64,000 nucleotides of DNA from Raja brachyura. Its lineage: Eukaryota. The stretch covers positions 5,766,001 through 5,830,000 of the forward strand of contig OY740804.1 of NCBI GenBank assembly GCA_963514005.1. The letters run 5' to 3'. The notes under the pieces are model-generated. The model was not told the DNA's origin, searched no databases, and saw only the letters and a list, made by a program, of their open reading frames with translations. The position numbers and the translations under genes are program-made. Below are positions 37,350 to 49,400 of this stretch, one piece after another (within the stretch, counting starts at the first letter, position 1; the number at the start of each line of letters is the position of its first letter).

Positions 37350-38114
37350 CCATCCGGAAGTGGCGGCGCAGCCTGGCATCTGCGGCTCGCCTGTTGTCTG
37401 TTATCTGTTTTTTTTTTCGTTTTGTTTTATTGTATCTGTGTTAGTTAAATTTTAGTTTATTAGGCTGTGTATGTGTGTGTGTGGGGTGGGGGGGGGGGGG
37501 GAGAGAGAAACAAGGTTTTAGTCTCTCCCTTCGGGGGGATGCGACTTTTCTTGTCGTGTCCCCCGTCACCGTCTCCGTCTGTGCTGAGGCCTAATGGCGG
37601 AGCTTGCGGCCTCGGAGCTGTGGCGGCGTTCCAGCGGCGACCCGGCCTCAAAGCTGTGGCTGGGTTCCAGCGTTCCAGCGGCGACCCTGCTTCAGAGCTG
37701 TGGCGGGGCTCCAGCGTTCCAGCGGCGGCAGCGGCCCCGGCTTCAGAGCTGTGGGTGTGCCGTTCCAGCGTTCCAGCGGCGACCCGGCTTCAGAGCTGTG
37801 GCGGGGTTCCAACGTTCCGGAGAGGGCGGTGGCGGCAGCCCGGCTTCGGAGGCTCGGCCGCCGGCCTAGTGGACGACAACATCGGAGGCCTGGATCGCCT
37901 CTAGCACAGAGGGAGAACAAGGAGGGAAGAAGACAAAGACTTTAAGACTTTTGCCTTCCACCACAGTGAGGAGGTGCCTGGTGAACTCACTGTGGTGGAT
38001 GTTAAATATGTGTTTATTGTGTGTTTTGTTTCTTATTATATGCATGACTGCAAGGCAACCAAATTTCCTACAGACCGAAAGGTCTGAACGACAATGAAGG
38101 ATACTTTGACTTTG
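37350..38114 (+). mobile_element. Non-autonomous GC-rich retro-element (CCGGAAGTGGC head, (TTTGAC) tail) with an internal ~44-bp tandem repeat
   Basis: Second copy at 28101-28753 (-), 3' piece at 5017-5225 (-). Tandem units at 37608-37818. Confidence 0.7.
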
Positions 38115-40441
38115 ATATTTCGCTTGGGCAGCTTACACCCCAACCGTGTGAACATTGACTTCACTAACTTCAAGTAACCCGTGCTTTCCCTGTCAATCCA
38201 CCCCCCCCCCCCCCCCCCCCCTTTCCCAGTTCTCGGATCAGTCTGATAGTCTCCGATTACATTTTATCTCGAATTGCTTTGTTGTCCCTTCTCCCAGCTA
38301 ACAATGATCTACATGTTCCTTGACCTCCATCCCCTTTGTCCCGTTTCCAAACCACGGATCCTTATCCAAGTATCTCCCTCTCCCCTGACTTCAGTCTGAA
38401 GAAAGGTCTTGACCCGAAACGTCACCCCTTCCTTTCATCCATAAATGCTGCGTGTCCCGCTGAGTTACTCCAGCATGTTGTACAACAATATGTTTTTGAA
38501 CAATATGTGATTGAAAGATACAGTATGGATACAGACCATTTGGCCCACGAGTCCACGTCAACCAGCAAGCAACCCTTTCACACTAATTCTATGTTACCCC
38601 ACTTTCGCGTCTTTTCAGTACCGTAATATAGATAAACATTTTAATGCTGCAACGAGTTATTCATTTTGTCTACCGTAAAAATGAGTTAAAGGACAAAAAT
38701 AAAGGCCACGGTGGCGCAACGGTCGAGCTGCTGCCGTACAGCGCTTGCAGCGGCGGGGACCCGGGTTCGATGTGTACGGAGTTTGTACGTTCTCCCCGTG
38801 ATCACATGGGGTTTCTTCGAGATTTTCCGCCTCCTCCCACACTCGAAAGAGGAACAGTTATGTATGTTAATTGGCTTGCTATTAATGAAAATTGTCCCCA
38901 GTGTGTGTGCAGTAGTGTGGCTTCGCCGCTGGCACTTTGCTCGCGCTGCTGCAACAAGGGTGTGTAGATTCGTATCTCTGAACCGCATCTTGCGAGCAGC
39001 TCGGAGTAACACTGTTTGCTGAACAGTGTTTGCAGAAGTCATGGGTCAATGGCGAATGGAGATAGAATTAAATTGCTTTGGTGCATCGTCGGGTCCTCTC
39101 TGCAGTATTTTTAGTTGGGCAAGTAAACAGCAAATAGCTCCTAACAAAAGATCCTTCACAGAGGGCCGTCAACGCTCATCTAACATCAGTGGCGGACACA
39201 TCAGTGTGTTACACAGATACCACGTGATGCACAACATTGCCACAGATGTACACAACCCGAATAAACAGCACTGTTCCCCTGAAAGTAACACACCCAGAGC
39301 GATAGCCCGCTGCAGATATTAGGTTATATTATAATGCAACTATTTGCCGACAGATTGAAATGAATCGATGCAAGCAGATGCAAAAAGTCAGCAACTGACA
39401 TGTACATGAACACAAATCTGATAATTTATTAGTTCTGTATTGCAATGAAGACAAGTTAACAATTCAATTCACCGTGCATATTCTACCTTGCTTTAACTTC
39501 ACTAAGTGTATCACTTCGCCCTTGTTTGAGTTACATTCCACATCCCGCTTTCCCAGCTGATCTCCATCCTGTGGTAATTCTAGACAAACTTCTTCATAGC
39601 CCACTACACCATCAATTATCATTTTCAAAACGTGAATAGCATAACAATCGTGTTTGAAAGTTTGTATTAAAGAGTTGAAGCAGAGAGGAGAGGGTCAAAC
39701 TACAATTAACCTCAGCTGATTTCAGGTGAAAAGCCCGTAATTCCTAACGCTAGCTTCCTGTTTTGCCCCTTGTCGCCAGTAATATATCAAAAGATAAGTT
39801 CCAATAATTATATTTTTGATCTGTCGGTCCACTTACAAAATCAACAAGAGGAAATTATCCAAAGTGTACACATCTTAGACGTTTCTACTCTTCTAAATGT
39901 CATATTTTATCCAATGTATCATTGGTTACAAGAAGGGTCCCGATCCGAAATATCACCTATCCATTTTAGTTCTAGTTCTAACATTTTTTCCACCCCTGTT
40001 CAGTGTTAATAGACTCTGAGTACAGAGATAATCGCCGCTCCATCCTAACGGATACATTATACTGGCGAAGTGATTGAAGCAGCTACAATAACAACATGTA
40101 AGGAGCAATTGGACAGGTCCATGTATGGGGAAGGTTTGGGGAGTTTGGGGTTGAACGCGCGCAAATATGACTAACTTAGATGAGCATATTGATCTAACGC
40201 GTTGAGGAGAAGGGCCTGTTCCGTGACGTATGATTCTGTGATAATCTGACCCGACCATTTGTTAAATATAACCCTGAGCCTTTCACACTGTAACGTGTCG
40301 AGCTGCTGTTGGCTCGCTGTTCAGCATCTGACGTCCTGTTCCCTTCTTCCTCATTGCTATTTGAGAGATGCGGCTGTATCTGAGAGCTCAGAGCTGAGCG
40401 ACAGACAGACAAGTGCTGGCGTCGTCACTGTGGACAAAACA

Positions 40442-40478
40442 ATGTGGATTCCCATTCTTCTCATCTCCTCGCTGCCCG
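40442..40478 (+). CDS. Gene C signal-peptide exon ([12 protein letters not shown])
   Basis: 37 nt, G|gtgagt donor. Confidence 0.85.
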
Positions 40479-43400
40479 GTGAGTGAAAGCCAGATCCTCA
40501 TATTCCAATGATCAATGTTATTTGGGGTCCCATGCACCCTTTCCACAGCAGAGATAGTTAAGTATGTGCAGAAATGGGTGAGATGCAACTCAGTGCGTTG
40601 TGGTGATGGATCTGAAATCACATTTGAATATCTAGACTATGTTCCTAGTTTAACCACTGTTGACACGTGGTCTAATTACATCCCGATTATAGTTTATAGG
40701 CATAAAATCGCAAATAAATTTGGAGCAGATACTCCAAGATACCTGGACCGAAGGACAGAAGATGTAACATCACCAGGAAGTTAATTCTACACTTTTAAAA
40801 TGTGTTTACAAGAGACGGGGGAGTCGGGATTGTGGACTCATTGTGACAGTTCAAATATTCCCTGCATTTGTCCAATTCAACTCTGTCGCAAACCCAACAA
40901 TTCCCCCGAGTCTGAGACTGAACCACTGTCCACGCTCCATCCACCTACCCCCAACTCTCTCTCCATCCTCACTCGGATCCGCGGCCTAGTCGTGAAATTC
41001 AAGTTCAGTTTATTGTCACGTGTACCGAGGTACAGTGAAAAGCTTTCTGTTACGTGCTAACCAGCCAGATACATGATTACAATCGATCCTCTCGCAGCGC
41101 ATAGATACATGAAAGGGATATAAAGAGTAGTGTAAGGTAAAGCCAGCAAAGTCCGATCAAGGGTAGTCCGAGGGTCACCAAATAGTTCGATCGTTCAGCA
41201 CTGCTCTCTGCATGTGGTAGGATGATTCCGATGCCTGATAACAGCTGGGAAGAAACTGTCCCCGAATCTGGCGGTGTGTGTTTTCGCGCTAGTAACGCTC
41301 TCCGGTAATGGACCCGCTTTATTGTAACTCGTTCGTCCTCTGTGTCCTCAGTCAGGGCGTTGTAAAGGCAGTGACGGCGGTGAATGTCTAAACACGGGTC
41401 CGGCTTTCCGCGCCCGGGTGGGACTAGAGAAGGACCAGGCGCTGTCCACGGGCACCTGGGGGATTTCCGGGACATCTGGGCACCGCCTGGGGTTGAATAC
41501 ATCCATGACAAGTATTGTAACATAGTTGTATAGTAGTTTATAGACTGGGGGAATATAAATGGTCGGCACGACTGGAAGGGCCGAGAAGGCCTGTTTCCGT
41601 GCTGTAATTGTTATATGGTTATATGGTTTATTTAGTATATTTGTTTGTCGTATTATGGTGGTGGGTTCTGTTTTGTTTTATTGTATTGTAAATATTCTTT
41701 TTAATAATTGAATAAATTATATGATAATTTAAAAAAATACACGGGTCCGGCCCAGTGCGGGTTGAGAGATGAATATTCGCAGCGCAGCCGGCGGCACCGC
41801 CAGTAAAGTAGCAAAGTGGGGTATTTCTGTCGGGTGAGAGGCCGGGCACCGCCTGGGATTGTTGAAAGGCAGCTCTTGCAACACTGCCGCGCTCCCTCAG
41901 TACCGCACTGCGATCCCAGCCCAGTTTCTGCTCAGGGATCTAGAGTGGGAAGTGAACCCGCATTCTACTGACCCGGGGACAGAACACTGACACAACTGGT
42001 ACAATAACAGCACTGCCTGCACTTCAGACCGGAGACATTGGCCGAGAAGCAATATGACACATTATGGAACGTTTTAAGTTTTCTTTCATGTAATCTTCAA
42101 AATGTATCTATTACCATTAAACAGTTAATTTGCTCTCCATCTGAAAGTTTCTCCGCTCAGTTGTAGGTGCAGTGTGGGCTAAGTGGGATGCAAGAGGAGT
42201 TGTTGGAAGAACGATCACAATCGATTGCCACTATGCAGCAGAGTACCGCTCACACACAAAATACTGGTGCCGTGGGAGGAGTCGACCGTGTAGAGTTTTA
42301 GTGGAAACTAATGGGCAACACGGACGGAGTGGAAGAGTGTCAATCACAGATAACCCGGCACTAAGAATATTTACTGTGACTGTGGAAGATCTTCACTCTG
42401 GAGATACGGGATGGTACAGCTGTGGGATTACAACATCTGCCGACCACCCAATATTTAACGTTTATCTCGAAGTATCTGACGGTAGGTTTAGCAGCGAATG
42501 ACGAGGTCTCTGGCAGAAAGATAATACATGATTACAATCGATCCTCTTACAGTGCATAGATACATGAAAAGGAAATTACGTTTAGTGTAAGGCAAAGCCA
42601 GCAAAGTCCGATTAAGGGTAGTCCGAGGGTCATCAAAGAGGCAGATAGGAGTTCAGCATTGCTCTCTGGATGTGGTAGGATGATTCAGATGCCTGATAAC
42701 AGCTGTGAAAAAATTGTTCCAGAATCTGGCGGTGTGCGTTTTCACGCTAGTAACGCTCTCCGGTAAGGGACATGGAAGCGGGTGGTGAGTGGGCGAGTGG
42801 TGAGTGGGTGAGTGGTTGGGTGAGTGGGCAGATGCATGGCAGATGAAGTTTAATGTGGATAAATGTGAGGTTATCCACTTCAGTAGCAAAAGCAGGAAGG
42901 AAGATTATTATCTGAATGTTGTCAGGTTGGGAAAAGGGGAAGTACAAAGAGATCTGGGGGTCCTTGTTCATCACTCACTGAAAGTAAGCATGCAGCTGCA
43001 GCAGGCAGTGAAGAAAGCCAGTGGCGTGTTGACCTTAATAACAAGAGGAGTTGAGTACGGGAAACAAAGCGATCCTTCTCCAGTTGTACATGGCCCGAGT
43101 GAGACCACACCTGGATTATTGTGTGCAGTTTTCAACTCCAAATTTGAGGAAGGGCCTTCCTCAAGGGCGGGACTGTCATATGTCGATTGAATGGAGCGGG
43201 TGCTTGTATACTCTGGAATTTAGAAGGATGAGATGCGATCTTATTAAAACATATAAGATTATTAAGGGATTGGACACGTTAGAGGCAGGAAACATTTTCA
43301 CGATATTGGGTGAGTCCGGAACCAGAGGCCATAGTTTAAGAATAATGGATAGGCCATTTAGAACGGAGATGAGGAAAAACTTTTTCACCCAGAGGGTTGT

Positions 43401-46400
43401 TCATCTGTGGAATTCAAAAGAAAGAATCATGCTGATGCATTCAAAAGAAGGATAGGTAGAGCTCTTTGGGCTAGCGGAATGAAGGGATATGGGGAAAGGC
43501 AGGAACGGGGTACTGATTTTGGATGATCAGTCATGATCACATTGAATGGCGGTGCTGGCTCGAAGGGCTGAATAGCCTACTGCACATATTGTCTATGTAT
43601 CTATGTATGTATCTACAGTTCCTTGTGTCTCCACCTCATCATATGGAAAAGCAAGGTCAATCAAAACTTGAGCAAGAGAACATTATACCCGTGAGAGTAA
43701 CTGGACGCAGTGGTTTCCTCGTGGTTGTTTTCGGATGTTACTTGTGTATTTGAAGTGAACCCTGCTGATGTTAACGACTCACGAATAGATTTAGGTTCTG
43801 TTGAGATAAAGAAATAAAAGACAATTAAAGATAGACAAAACACGCTGGATTAACTCCGCGAGACAGGCAACATATCTGGAGAGAAGGAATGGGTAATGTT
43901 TCGGGTCTGAGGATGGGACTCGACCCGAAACGTCATAGAGAGAGAGAGTTAGATGGAGCTCTTAAAGATAACGGCGCTAGGGGATATGGTGAGAAGGTAG
44001 GAACGGGTTACAGATTGTGAATGATCTGCCATGATCATAGTGAATGTCGGTGCTGGCTCGAAGGGCCCAATGGCTTACTCCTGCACCAATCTATTGACCC
44101 GCTTTATTGCAACCCGTCCGTCCTCTGTTCTCAGTCAGGGCGTTGTAAAAGCAGTGGCGGCGGTGAATGTCTGAACACGGGTCCGGCCCAGTGTCGGTTG
44201 ACAGATGAACGATGGCAGCGCAGCCGGCCGCACCGCCAATAAAATAGCAAAGTGGGGTCTTTCTGTAGGGTGAGAGGCCGGGCACCGCCTGGGATTGTTG
44301 AAAGGCAGCTCCTGCAAAACTGCCGTGATCCCTCCGTACCGCACTGCGATCCCAGCCCAGTTTCTGCTCAGGGATCTGGAGTGGGAAGTGAACCCTAGTT
44401 GTACTGAACCGGGGACAAAACACTGACACAACTGGTACAATAATAGCACTGCCTGCATTTCAGATCGGCGACATTGACCGTGAAGCAATATGACATATCA
44501 TGGAACGATTTAAGTTTTCTTGCATGGAACCATATAACCATATAACCATATTACAATTATAGCACGGAAACAGGCCTTCTCGGCCCTTCCAGTCCATGCC
44601 GACAATTTATGTTCCCCTAGTCCCATCTACCCGCACTCAGACCATACCCCTCCATTCCCTTCCCGTCCATATACCTATCCACTTTACTTTTAAATGTTAA
44701 AATCGATCCTGCCTCCACCACTTCTGCAGGAAGATCATTCCACACAGCCACCACTCTCTGAGTAAAGAAGTTCCCCCTCATGTTACCCCTACACTTATGT
44801 CCCTTAATTCTCATGTCATGCCCTCTTGTTTGAATCTTTCCTACCGTCAATGGAAAAAGCTTATCCACGTCAACTATGTCTATCCCTTTCATCATTTTAA
44901 AGACCTCAATCAAGTCCCCCCTTAACCTGACCCGAAACGTCGCCTATCTCCTTCGCTCCTTAGATGGTGCTGCACCCGCTGAGTTTCTCTAGCTTTTTGT
45001 GTAACCCTCCACCCTTAACCTTCTGCGCTCCAAAGAATAAAGACCTAACTTGTTCAACCTTTCTCTGTAACTTAGTTGCTGGAACGCAGGCAACATTCTA
45101 GTAAATCTCCTCTCTACTCTCTCTATTTTGTTGACATCCTTCCTATAATTAGGCGACCAAAATTGTACACCATACTCCAGAATTGGTCTTACCAATACAT
45201 TGTACAATTTTAACATTATTTCCCTACTCCCATATATTCAATGGTCTGATTTATAAAGGCCCGTAATGTGATGTTCAAAATGTTTCTATTTCCATTAAAC
45301 AGTTCATTTGCCCTCCATCTGAAAGATTTTCTCCTCCATTGCAGGTGTAGTGTGGGGAGAGACGCATGTAAGAGGAGTTGTGGGAAGAGCGATCACAATC
45401 GATTGTCACTATGCAGCAGAGTATCGCTCACACACAAAATACTGGTGCCGTGTGCGGAGTCGCCAATGTACAGATATGGTGGAAACAAATGGGCAACACG
45501 GACGGAGTGGAAGAGTGTCAATCACACATAACCCGGCACGAGGAATATTTACTGTGACTGTGGTGGATTTTCACTCTGGAGATACAGGATGGTACAGGTG
45601 TGGAATTGCAACATTTAATGGCCGTCCAATGATAAACGTCGAACTCGAAGTATCTGACGGTATGTTTCGCAGCGATTGACTTGTCGTCTCCACTGAAATG
45701 CCTGATCCATGTTTTCTCCGGGAAGGGTCAGGGCAGAACCGATATCCCGAGGCTCCGCAGCAGTGCAGAGACCTGCGGGGAGCGGGCGGGGGTCCGGAAA
45801 CCCCACTCATTCTGCTCTCACCCAGTGCGGGATCTTCCCCACTGAGCGGCCACCCACTTAGAAACATGGAATCATAGAACATACGTGCAGTAGGAGGCCA
45901 TTCGGCCCTTCGAGCCACCACCGCCATTCATTGCGATCATGGCTGACCGTCCCCAATCAATAACCCGTGCCTGCCTTCTCCCCATATCCCTTGATTCCAC
46001 TAGCCCCTGGTGGTCTATCTGACTCCCTTTTAAATCCATCCAGTGATTTGGCCTCCACTGCCCTCTGTGGCAGGGAATTCCACATGTTCACAACTCTCTG
46101 GGTGAAGACGTTTTTTCTCACCTCAGTCTTAAATGGCCTCCCCTTTATTCTAAGACTGTGGCCACTGGTTCTGGACTCGTCCAACATTGGGAACATTTTT
46201 CCTGCATCTAGTTTGTCCAGTCCTTTTATAATTTTATATGTTTCTATAAGATTTCCCCCTCATCCTTCTGAACTCCAGTGAATACAAGCCTAGTCTTTTC
46301 AATCTTACCTCATAAGAGAGTCGTGCCATCCCAGGGATCAATCTCATGAACCTACGCTGCACTGCCTCAATCACAAGGATGTAATTCCTCAAATTACACC

Positions 46401-49400
46401 AAAATTGTACGCAATACTCCAGATGTGGTCTTATCAGAGCCCTATACAACTGCAGAAGAACCTCTCTACTCCTATACTGAAATTATCTTGTTATGAAGGC
46501 CAACATTCCATTAGCTTTCTTCACTGCCTACTGTACTTCCACGCCAACTTTCAGTATCCGGTGTACAAGGACACCCAGGTCTCGCTGTGCCTAACCCCGT
46601 TGAGATAATAATCTACCCCCTTGTTTTTGCCACCAAAGTGGATAACCTCACAATATCTATATTATACTACATCTGCCACGCATCTGCCCACTCACTCAAC
46701 CTGTCCAGGTCACCCTCCAACCTCCTAACATCCTCTTCACAGTTCACACTTCCACCCCGTTTTGTGTCATCCTCAAACTTGCTAGTGTCGTTCCTAATTC
46801 CCTCTTCCAATTCATTAATATATATGGTAAACAGTTGCGGCCCCAACACCGAGCCTTGCGGCACTTCACTCGCCACTGCCTGCCAATCTGAAAAGGACCC
46901 GTGCACTCCTACTTTTTGCTTCCTGTCTGCCAACCACTTTTCTATCCATGTCAACACCCTACCCCCAATACCATGCGCTTTAATTTTAGTCACCAGAATC
47001 CCGTGCGGTTCCTTATCAAAGGCTTTCTGAAAGGCTAGATCCACTACATCCACTGGCACCCCTTCATCCATTTTACTTGTCACATCCTCAAAAAAATCCA
47101 GAAGACATCAAGCATGATTTTCCGTTCATAAAACCATGCTGACTTGGACTAATCCTTTTACTGCTATCCAAATGCCCCATTATTATCTCTTTATTGATTG
47201 ACTCCAGCATCTTTTCCACCACCGAAGCCAGGCTAACAGGTCTGTAATTCCCCGTTTTCTCTCTCGCTCCTTATTTGAAAAGTGGAATTTTTCACTTTCG
47301 TTTCACTTTTCACTTCAAGTGGGACGCTCAGCACATTTCCATTCCTCCGAACTGTATGAAATTTCACCCTGTCAGAAGTTTGCATTCCGACTCAAACTAA
47401 TAATCCGACAGTGAGAAACAAGAATACCCCGAGAGTTTTAAAAAAATCAATTCCAGAGCTCAACAGACTACGATCAGTCCTTCCGTGATAGGCCATCCCG
47501 CTTCCCACCCCCACCTCAGGGATCAGTCACTCCCTCCCAAACCCCGGGCTCTCTCTCTCTCTCCGCCTGTCCCGTCAATGTGCCCCCACCCCCAGCAGCC
47601 ACTATCCACCCACCGCCCGGCAGCCAGCCAGCCTCTCCACCCGGACTTTTCCCCGGTGGTAAGCAGAATAAACCCATCTTTCACCCCATCGGCCGTCGCA
47701 CACAGCAGACAAACCTCCAACATGTTCGCCACCTCCAACGGGATCCCACAACTAGTCACATCTTTCCATCTCCACCGCTTTCTGCTTTCCGAAGAGACCG
47801 TTCCTTCCGTAACTTCCTGGTCAACTCGTCCATCCCTCCCCCCCCCCCCCCCCCCCCCCCGACCACACACCCAAAAAAACCCATCCCCTCCTCAGGTACA
47901 TCCCCCGACAACTGCAGGAGATAGATCACCTGTCTGTATACCTCCTTCCTCTACTCCGTCCAAGGACTCCAACAATCTTTTCGGGAGAGGGTTCACTTGC
48001 ATCTCATCCAAGCTCGCCTACTACATCCGCTGTTCCAGGTGTGAACTACTATATATCGGCGGAACCAAGCGCAGACTCGGCGATCGTTTCGCTGAATAAC
48101 TCCGCTCAGTCAGCCTCGGCCTACGCTACTTCCCGATTGCTGAACACTGTAATTGCCCCTCCTATTCCCAAACGCACCTTACTGTCCTGGACCTCATCCA
48201 CTGTATGCCTCGTTGTCACTTTCCCTTCAGTCGACAATGATTCATTCTACATTTTCTTTTCACCTTTGATCACTTGTTTTCACACCTTGCCTTTCCATTT
48301 ATCTTCTGTCTCCCGGCCCATGACTCTCAGGCTGAAGAAGGGTCTCGACCCGAAACGTCACCCATTCATTCCTTCGATAGATTCTGCCTGCTCCGTTGCG
48401 TTACTCCAGCATTTTGTTTATATCTTAAACGGATCGTAAGTAGAGCAGAGATGGTTAAGTGTGTGCATGCGTATAATGGGGGAAATGGAACTCAGTGCAT
48501 TGTGGTGATGGATCTGAAATCACATTTGAACATCTAGGCAGTGTTCGTAGTTTAACCACTGTTGACACATGGTCTAATTGCACCCTGATGATAGTTGATC
48601 GGCATAAAATAGGGAATGAATTTGGAGCAGATACTCCAAGACTCCTGGTCCGAAGGAGAGAGGTTCGAACGTCATCAGGAAGTTAATTCTACACTTTTAA
48701 AATATGTTTACAACTGAGGTGGAAGTCAGGATTGTGGACTCATGATGGCAGTTCAAACATTCCCTGCATTGTCCAACTCAACTATGTCGCAAACCCAACA
48801 ATTGAGACTGAACCACTGTCCTTGCTCTCTCCACCCACCCCCAACTCTCTCTCCATCCGCTCTCCGATCCGCGGACCAGTCGTGCAGAATTGTGAAGGGC
48901 GAGCCGGGGTCATTGGGAATAGAACCTGTCCATGATAAGCAGCGGAACATTGGGCTCCCAATTCAGTTTAGTTTATTGTCACGTGTACCGAGGTACAGTG
49001 AAAAGCTTTTATGTTGCGTACTAAGCAGAAAGACAATACATGATTACAATCGATCCTCGTACAGTGCATAGATACATGAAAAGGAAATAACGTTTAGTGT
49101 AAGGTAAAGCCAGCAAAGTCCGATGAAGGGTAGTCCGAGGGTCATCAAAGGTGTAGATAGGAGTTCAGCACCACTCTTTGGATGTGTTAGGATGATTCAG
49201 ATGCCTGATAACAGCTGGGGAAAAACTGTCCCCGAATCTGGCGGTGTGCAGCTCCTGCAACATTGCCGCGCTCCCTCAGCCCATAACTGCGATCCCAGCC
49301 CAGTTTCTGCTGAGGGATCTGGACTGGGAAGTGAAGCGATTTGTACTGACCCAGGGACAGAACTCTGACACAACTGGTACAATAACAGCGCTGTCTGCAC

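Larger units (their letters stand above)
36910..38480 (+). mobile_element. Penelope-like remnant with an inverted 5' part, interrupted by the element at 37350-38114
   Basis: LGDRFAE on both strands (37020-37100). The PLE sequence gcacctcat|atttcgc is split by the insertion. Confidence 0.65.

Noticed and set aside
37608-37818. Repeat array resembling CRISPR
   Set aside because: Contiguous degenerate tandem units without unique spacers, in vertebrate DNA, with no cas genes.
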